Source of the DNA: Deltaproteobacteria bacterium
GTDB taxonomy: Bacteria; Myxococcota_A; Polyangia; Fen-1088
NCBI GenBank assembly: GCA_033763315.1
Contig: JANRKS010000034.1
Coordinates: 224,001 to 288,000, forward strand
Direction of reading: 5' to 3'
DNA: 64,000 bases
Below the pieces are notes generated by a model. That model was not told where the DNA came from. It worked only from the letters and a program-made list of their open reading frames with translations, and made no database searches. Both the position numbers and the translations under genes were made by a program. Position 1 is the first letter of the stretch. The number at the start of each line of letters is the position of its first letter. This document shows positions 57,868 through 64,000 of this stretch, piece by piece.

Positions 57868-58653
57868 TCAGGGGAGCCCTGCCGCCAAGTGTGCAACCTC
57901 CGCTGCAGACAAGGGCCGATCGTATATTCGTGCGTCGTCGAGCCAACCTGTGAATGGCTCGCCCTGTCCTGGTGAGTTGGCAAGACGAGCCACGGTGGTT
58001 GGCCCCGTTTGTGCCGGCGTGGTTGAACTGCCCACGAGAACGCCATCGACATAACAAGCGTGAAGCGTGCCATCGAAGGTGTAGGCCACATGGTGCCAAG
58101 CGTCTTGTGACGGTAAAGGCCCTTCGCAAAGGTGCACACCAATACGTCTCCACGCCGCAAATGTGACAACGTTCGATTCGGGTGTGTCACGGCGAATGCC
58201 AAACTGCACGGCCGAAGTTGTGATGTCGCCGATGCCAATCACGTCTTGTGAAAGCGAGCCAACGTCTTTGGCCAGATAGCGAAACCAGACCGCAAGCGTC
58301 TGAGGCCCGTTGACGCGTGGATACTGGCCCGTCAGATCCACCTGCTGCCTGCGTGAGCCATCGAAGGCCAAGCTGCGTGGGTTTGCGAACTGTAGCGGCG
58401 CTGTGATCAACGACGGTTCGGGTCCGTTGATGGGAATGCCGTGGGCGTTTTGGGATGAGGAGTCAAGCACGGGTGATCCAGGGCTGGTTTCGTCGAGCCG
58501 GAAGTGGCCCCGCAGCCCCGCCACAAGCGGCTTTGGAAGCGAGCCCGCGTCACGGGTCATCAACTCAAACAACGGCAGGCGTGCCTCCCCACACGCCGAA
58601 GCAAGGATGGCGATCAATCTTAGAGCCCGGATGTTGTCGCGAACGCGTGTCAT
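57868..58653 (-). CDS. LamG/concanavalin-like lipoprotein
   Basis: LASA-C lipobox; FRLDE, LAFDG, WHHVAYTFDG..YVDG, FTGWLDDARIYDRPLSAAEV. Confidence 0.85.
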   Translation of the reverse strand: MTRVRDNIRALRLIAILASACGEARLPLFELMTRDAGSLPKPLVAGLRGHFRLDETSPGSPVLDSSSQNAHGIPINGPEPSLITAPLQFANPRSLAFDGSRRQQVDLTGQYPRVNGPQTLAVWFRYLAKDVGSLSQDVIGIGDITTSAVQFGIRRDTPESNVVTFAAWRRIGVHLCEGPLPSQDAWHHVAYTFDGTLHACYVDGVLVGSSTTPAQTGPTTVARLANSPGQGEPFTGWLDDARIYDRPLSAAEVAHLAAGLP

Positions 58654-58778
58654 GTGACGTTCTCATCGCGATTGTACTTTGTCGCGACGCCACTTGGTGA
58701 AAGTTGTCGGCGCTTTAGCAACTGCGTCGAAGCAAAAATCTTGAGCCACGATCTCATCGGCCCGCGTCTAGATGCCTT

Positions 58779-60470
58779 ATGCGAGTTCATTCACCTCAGT
58801 TCAATGTGACCGTCCTTGTGCTTCTGTTGTCGATGGGCTGTGCGGCTTCGATCAGCGATGACGATGGTGCGGGCGGGACGGGGGGTGAAGACGGCAAGGG
58901 CGGCGAGGCAGGGGCTGGTGAAGGGGGCGAGGCCGTCGTCGACAGTGCTGGCCGTGGTGGGCAAGCGAGCGGCGGTGCGTCGCTTACCGGTGGCGTCGCG
59001 GGAACCGCCGGACCGCAGGGCGGCAACACCACAACCCCCATAGGCGGCAACGGCATGTCCGCTTCGGGGGGCAACGCTGCCCCGGCGACGTTTGATGTCC
59101 CGAAACATCTATTGGCCACGGCCGAGGGCACAAAGAGCGAAGCCGCTCCGTCTGGGGTGCCCGCAACATGGAGCTGGGTTGTGGGCGCGACGGCACCGAA
59201 GTTATCGCCTCCCACCGCGGCTCACACACACGCCAATTATTGGGGTGCCGTGTTTCGTGGGCCGTCGAATAACACACCGAGCAACACGCACGTTGAGATT
59301 CGTGAATGCCAAGCTTGGGTTTTGTACCGCGGGTCCACGCAATGGGTGCGCATTGACAATGACGTGGGCCTTGGTGGTTCGACTTTTTCGCCCACCTACG
59401 CTGGTGGTGGACCAGCGCCTTTGTTGACGAAACAAACAAGTGGAGCGGATGTGGTACCTGCCCCTGGGTACATTTGGCACTACTGGCCCTCGAACAGCTA
59501 CCAAGCCATTCGGAGCACGGAGGTGCGCGAGGTCATTTCGAATTGTCAGACGCGGCTGGCTCTGCGCGACCCCAAAGGTACGGACGATCGGGACACCGCT
59601 GATTACATCAATCATGTGGGCATCGATTGGCGCGATCCCGCAGATCCAGCGTGTGTCAACAGCAACCGAGTGTGTCCAAGCTTCGGTGTGAGCATGTTCT
59701 TCAAGGTCGGCAAAGAGTGGCGCAACAACACGTTCCATAGCGTTACCAAGGCCGATATCGATGCAGGTGTGCCTCTGCCACCGGCGTCGATGTTCGCCGT
59801 GAGCTCTGCCGTGACGCCGCCAGCCGCGGGGGGGCCTTTACGCATCGTCATAATCGGCGATTCAATCACCGAACAAGTGGCTTCTTGGATTCATCCGTTT
59901 CAGCAGAACTTGATGTCGGCAGGATGCGCGTTTGAGCTCATCGGCTACGAACGCAGTCCGTACAATGGCGCTTACGTCGCACCTGCGGGCCTTTCGGCTC
60001 GTCGCATCGCTGCGGGTGGCTTTTCAAGCCGCGGCATTCGAAACTGGATCGATGCGAACGGCCGTCAGTTTGGCGGGGTTCCTGATCTCTTGATCGAGTA
60101 CTTGGGCGTCAACAACGTGTACGGAGGCTTTTTGGATGGAAAGTACAATCCGGATGTGAAAGCCGACGCAGCAGGCGCCTATGTGACAGACACGAAAGAA
60201 ATTCTTGGTTGGGCTCGTCTGCAAAACCCGCGTGTCGCCGCGTTCTTGATGAAGATTCAAGACAACCTTTTGGCCCAGATTGGCGTAGCCATCGAGCAAG
60301 TGGTCAAAGAGGCGAGCACAGCCGCGTCGGTGGTGCAATCCGTGGTGCCCGCCAGCGGCGTGTCCCGCGGCACGGATGTGCATCCGGACGCCGCCGGAGC
60401 CGCCCGGTTGGCGACGCCGATCTCCGAAGCCGTAATCGCCTTTATGAAGAACGCCGGTCGCTGCCGCTAG
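58779..60470 (+). CDS. Gly-linker lipoprotein: uncharacterised Trp-rich domain plus C-terminal SGNH/GDSL esterase
   Basis: LSMG-C lipobox, G-rich linker, middle domain (NTHVEIR..WVL..W, WHYWP, VGIDW), SGNH blocks IGDSIT, LGVNN, DVHP. Confidence 0.75.
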   Translation: MRVHSPQFNVTVLVLLLSMGCAASISDDDGAGGTGGEDGKGGEAGAGEGGEAVVDSAGRGGQASGGASLTGGVAGTAGPQGGNTTTPIGGNGMSASGGNAAPATFDVPKHLLATAEGTKSEAAPSGVPATWSWVVGATAPKLSPPTAAHTHANYWGAVFRGPSNNTPSNTHVEIRECQAWVLYRGSTQWVRIDNDVGLGGSTFSPTYAGGGPAPLLTKQTSGADVVPAPGYIWHYWPSNSYQAIRSTEVREVISNCQTRLALRDPKGTDDRDTADYINHVGIDWRDPADPACVNSNRVCPSFGVSMFFKVGKEWRNNTFHSVTKADIDAGVPLPPASMFAVSSAVTPPAAGGPLRIVIIGDSITEQVASWIHPFQQNLMSAGCAFELIGYERSPYNGAYVAPAGLSARRIAAGGFSSRGIRNWIDANGRQFGGVPDLLIEYLGVNNVYGGFLDGKYNPDVKADAAGAYVTDTKEILGWARLQNPRVAAFLMKIQDNLLAQIGVAIEQVVKEASTAASVVQSVVPASGVSRGTDVHPDAAGAARLATPISEAVIAFMKNAGRCR

Positions 60471-60563
60471 GGTGGGGCCTCAGTACATGGTTGTTCTTCG
60501 CAGCACCCACGCGCTTGTGCGCCGAAGTTAGGGTTGAGCGCATCCTGCCGATGTTGTTTAACG

Positions 60564-61313
60564 ATGCCTCGTGTCCACAAGCAAAAGCGCACCGGCACCA
60601 GGCTTGTCATTTATTTGGCGCTGCATACCGTTGCTTGTGGGCGGTTTGGCTACGAACTGCAAAGCGGCGCCAACGCCGTGGACGCGTCCTTGTATGACGC
60701 GGGTGACGAAGAGGTTAGCTCGGCGAATGACGCAGCCAACCCCCCAGATGTTTCGCCCAAAGACGGGGCGATGATTGAAGATGCCGACGCCGGAACAAGT
60801 GGAGTAGGGGGTGCAGACCTCGACCTTGCGCCGCTGCTTGAACAAGGCTGGAAGGTCGTGTTCTCGTCCGACTTTAGCAGCCATTCCTCGGACTTCCCCA
60901 GCACGAAGGTGACTGAGTGTGGCGCGTTCGGTTCCGTCTTGGGTGGCGTCGACGTCTTGGGGCTCAAAGACAAGATAAACCTGCTGCTGAGTTTGCCGAC
61001 GCACAGCGAAGTCCAGGTCATAGCCGATTTTGTGACGATCGACTCATGGGACAACGAAAGGGCCTACCTCGACATAGAGAATCAACGCATGGTGGAGATC
61101 TCATGTGGAGGCGCAAGTAGCGCTTCTTGCAACCGCACCGCTGACCAATGCGGCAATGTCATAGGTGCCATCGGCCTTGATGGCCAAGTGCGCATGCAGG
61201 CCACCTTGCCTCACTCCGCCTATAAAGTGCAGATCGTTATTGGTGCCGTTTTAGACCAGCCGCGGCTCGATGAATCGTGGGGAGTCAACAACCTCGCTGT
61301 TCTCGTGAGGTGA
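60564..61313 (+). CDS. Lipoprotein with IDSWD/ESWG beta-sandwich domain
   Basis: TVA-CGRFGY lipobox, acidic linker, CG...LGG, H...IDSWDNE, DESWGVNNL. Confidence 0.65.
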   Translation: MPRVHKQKRTGTRLVIYLALHTVACGRFGYELQSGANAVDASLYDAGDEEVSSANDAANPPDVSPKDGAMIEDADAGTSGVGGADLDLAPLLEQGWKVVFSSDFSSHSSDFPSTKVTECGAFGSVLGGVDVLGLKDKINLLLSLPTHSEVQVIADFVTIDSWDNERAYLDIENQRMVEISCGGASSASCNRTADQCGNVIGAIGLDGQVRMQATLPHSAYKVQIVIGAVLDQPRLDESWGVNNLAVLVR

Positions 61314-61336
61314 GCGTCAAGAACGTGGTCGCTTGT

Positions 61337-62845
61337 CTAGAACGATAGCTGTGCCTGAATCTTGAAGGCCGACTGGTCAGGCAGCGTCTCAAGCGGAACT
61401 TGGCCCGCGCGCAACTGAATGCGCTCGCCGTAGCCGTAACGTGAATACTGCAAAAAGATGAGGCCTTCGCCCATGAAGCGCGCACGGAAGCTGAGGCGCG
61501 GCGATAAAATGCGCATGCTGTTCGCCTCGTCGTCCACGTTGAGAACGACTCGGTCGTAGCGAACTGAAGCGCCCACCCACGACGTGGGCCACCAGGCCAC
61601 ATCGGCGCCCCACTTGAACGATCGACGCCCGTCACGATTGATCATTGGGTCCAGATCTGCCTGTTTGCTGGCGATCTTCGTATACACGCCAAACACACTC
61701 AGCAGCACGTCTTTGCCGCGACGAAGCGCATCCTCTTGGCCGCGAGAGTTTCTAAGCAACGCCGCAAGGCTGTAGTCATATTGAAACGCGAACGTGTTGA
61801 GGCCGCCCGTGCCGTTGTCGCTGGCTTCGCTGCCAAAATAGTTGTCTGTGAGGCCCTTGCCGCCGTATGAGTGCATGACCTCCAAAACGGGTGACATGTA
61901 CTGCGCACGCGTGGCTGATAAGTGCGAGTACGCCACGTATAATCTTCCCGCGAAGTCATTGGTAAAACGCGCGTCTATGCCCGTCACATCCAAGGTCGCT
62001 TCTTTGATGTCTTTGAGTTGGCGCAGATCACTTTCGCCCGTGTCTAGACGGTAGATACCCACCTCATATTTCTGGTCATATGCCAAGCGAACGGCTCCGT
62101 ACCGCAACGTGGCCAGGCCTTGGCTTGCTTCAAGTTGTTCAAGGTGGCTGCCTACCCCCGCTATCAATGACAGGACGAAGTTTTTGTATTCGAGGTCTGT
62201 GGCTGCCTGCATGCCCGCCTGGTGGGTGCGGCCAAAGACGTAAGTGTCGTATTTGGCAAGGTACCCGAAGCGGTCCCAAAACGATCCGCCTTTGAGACGC
62301 ACGCGTGCGTGTACGTCCGCCACTTGGTGCTCATATCGCAGCGTCACGAAGCCTTGTGCAATGCCTAGTTGCCGCTGTGAATCCGGATAAGCGGCGTCTG
62401 AAAACAGTGATCCGAAAAGGCCAACGGTGCCCGTGATATATCGGTTGCCACCCATCAGAAAGATTTCTGAATAGTCGGTCTCTTGGTTGCGCGTGTACGC
62501 AAAACCAGAGAGATAGTAGTCATCATCAATCAACCACGGCGAGCGCAAATTTGTGCCCGACCCATCCTCACGCGCGCGCGAGGCCAGGCGCATCGGTGAT
62601 CGTAGATATCCATGCCAGCCGAACTTGAAATCCAGGCTCTGGTTGTCGTGGCCGGGCGCGGGGCGATCTTCGGGGAAGAAGAATGTGCCCCATACGTCTG
62701 TCGCGGTGGAAGGTGTGGTGGCCGTGGGGGCCGCGGCGTCGGCCTGCGTTGACAGTGTTTCTGTGCTTTCGTCGGCGCGCAACGAAGTTGGGACGCTGAC
62801 CGAATGTAGGATGATACAGGTGATGGTTATGAAGGCGCGAATCAT
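61337..62845 (-). CDS. Outer-membrane beta-barrel protein, candidate carbohydrate porin
   Basis: Signal peptide, FGWHGYLRSPMR, aromatic-rich strands, YDTYVFGRTH, C-terminal FKIQAQLSF. Confidence 0.65.
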   Translation of the reverse strand: MIRAFITITCIILHSVSVPTSLRADESTETLSTQADAAAPTATTPSTATDVWGTFFFPEDRPAPGHDNQSLDFKFGWHGYLRSPMRLASRAREDGSGTNLRSPWLIDDDYYLSGFAYTRNQETDYSEIFLMGGNRYITGTVGLFGSLFSDAAYPDSQRQLGIAQGFVTLRYEHQVADVHARVRLKGGSFWDRFGYLAKYDTYVFGRTHQAGMQAATDLEYKNFVLSLIAGVGSHLEQLEASQGLATLRYGAVRLAYDQKYEVGIYRLDTGESDLRQLKDIKEATLDVTGIDARFTNDFAGRLYVAYSHLSATRAQYMSPVLEVMHSYGGKGLTDNYFGSEASDNGTGGLNTFAFQYDYSLAALLRNSRGQEDALRRGKDVLLSVFGVYTKIASKQADLDPMINRDGRRSFKWGADVAWWPTSWVGASVRYDRVVLNVDDEANSMRILSPRLSFRARFMGEGLIFLQYSRYGYGERIQLRAGQVPLETLPDQSAFKIQAQLSF

Positions 62846-62856
62846 GATGGCGACCT

Positions 62857-63999
62857 TCAGCGTCGGCGCCCGCGGGCGACAATGGCGGCTACGAATGCCA
62901 AGGCCACCAGCATCGCCGCGGCTGCGGGCTCGGACGGCGTGCCTACCGTACATAAGCATGCACTTTCATAACGGGCGCCTGCCGAGGGAGTGTCACCACC
63001 TCGGTTCTCGCCACCCGTCGCTCCACCGGAGCCATTCGCACTACCGGGAGCGGCGCCTTCGCCTAGGCCCGAACCACCGTTGTTTCCGCCTTGGCCCGCC
63101 TCCCCCGGCACGCCGCCGTCTCCGGGTGGTGGGGCGGCACCGAGCGGTGGGGGAAGGCGTGGATCGCCTCCGTCGCACGTGGCCAATGGCATTGAATAAC
63201 CATCGCCGTCACCGCAGTCGTTCGGCTCGATGAGGCCCGCTCGATCGAGCAGCGTCATCATGTAAGCGCCGGCCGCGTAGCCCACCATCGGAATGCTACC
63301 TGTGTAGGCCCCAAGCGTGCCCGTGGAAACGGCGTTGTAAAGCTCAGGGACCAAGTTGAAATTGACCATCGCCTTTTCAACGACAATGTTCACCAGATTG
63401 TCTGCGTCTTTGGTGCGCCCGGCGCGCCGCAAACCATCGGCGATTCGCAGATCGAGCAGCACCCACTCGTTGTTGTCGTAGGGATCGTTGCCCACATTGC
63501 GACGCTTGAATCCACCGCTCGCTACGCGCAGCCGCTCAAGAAGCTCGAACGTCTTTGTGGCCGTGGCGCCCTTATAGTCCCGTATCAGGTTCCATGTGAA
63601 CAGCTCGGCCACGGCGCCGTCCTCTGGCCTCGTTTCGAGATCTTCGAGGTTGCCGCCAATCTCACCACGACGGTTAACGAACAGAGTCGTTATGGCAGTC
63701 CGGATCTTTGCCGCCATATCTTTGTACTTGGTTGTGTCTGCCTCTTCGCCCAACTTCTTGGCCAGAGCACCCAAGTCACACAGGCCGCGCGCAGAGGCGG
63801 CCGTGGTGTAAAAGTAGGTTCGTTTCTTGGCCTCGTGCACCTCCCATATAGAGGCATCGGCGCGCATCACATTCTTATCGGTGAGGTTGCCTGCAATGGG
63901 ATCGGCAACCTTCTTGATGATCCAGTCGTAAACCGTGAGGTTTGGATCGTGAAGAACCTTTGATCGCAACCACTCGACATCGCCCGAGGCTTCGACGTA
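62857..63999 (-). CDS. GH15-like (alpha/alpha)6 glycoside hydrolase with MYXO-CTERM-like tail (5' end outside the window)
   Basis: Frame open to the window edge (YVEASGDVEWL), DASIWEVH, VPELY, G/P linker, then ACLC...hydrophobic helix...RGRRR. Confidence 0.7.
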   Translation of the reverse strand, partial: YVEASGDVEWLRSKVLHDPNLTVYDWIIKKVADPIAGNLTDKNVMRADASIWEVHEAKKRTYFYTTAASARGLCDLGALAKKLGEEADTTKYKDMAAKIRTAITTLFVNRRGEIGGNLEDLETRPEDGAVAELFTWNLIRDYKGATATKTFELLERLRVASGGFKRRNVGNDPYDNNEWVLLDLRIADGLRRAGRTKDADNLVNIVVEKAMVNFNLVPELYNAVSTGTLGAYTGSIPMVGYAAGAYMMTLLDRAGLIEPNDCGDGDGYSMPLATCDGGDPRLPPPLGAAPPPGDGGVPGEAGQGGNNGGSGLGEGAAPGSANGSGGATGGENRGGDTPSAGARYESACLCTVGTPSEPAAAAMLVALAFVAAIVARGRRR

Positions 64000-64000
64000 T

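Noticed and set aside
1-64000. tRNA, rRNA, riboswitch or CRISPR features
   Set aside because: None recognised by eye in the intergenic regions; tRNAscan-SE and Infernal would be needed to exclude them.

Overview
GC-rich bacterial DNA, most likely Myxococcota (Polyangia/Sorangium-like). This is inferred from Gly-linker lipoproteins, Hanks kinases with a PEGA/TPR partner, an ECF-FecR/TPR module, DUF1592+DUF1552 pairs and a MYXO-CTERM-like tail. 1-17 kb is mostly housekeeping: a deoC-ALDH-short ALDH-ROK operon, a 2884-aa cyclic beta-1,2-glucan synthase and a tcdA/trmO/queG tRNA-modification cluster. 17-28 kb holds a PAS-AraC-associated GMC/Tat dehydrogenase operon, a TerB-PPP phosphatase fusion, a P450 and a hybrid kinase. 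28-64 kb is an accessory glycan-sensing and glycan-degrading region with no SusC/D: GH28, a propeller histidine kinase plus NarL/DosR-like regulator, carbohydrate-domain lipoproteins, two ECF sigmas, two DUF1592(CxxCH)/DUF1552(Tat) pairs, a GH78-TIM barrel fusion, and a probable porin next to a GH15-like enzyme. Two regulatory patterns were read directly from the DNA. (i) DosR-type RGGAC-N4-GWCCY boxes recur in four separate regions around the two-component system, including a perfect one upstream of a solo IS-OrfA-like HTH gene. (ii) Twin back-to-back CTGATCCG-led promoter-like elements lie between an ECF operon and a DUF1592/DUF1552 operon. I recognised no rRNA, tRNA or CRISPR array. All calls come from motif recognition by eye; no database searches were run.
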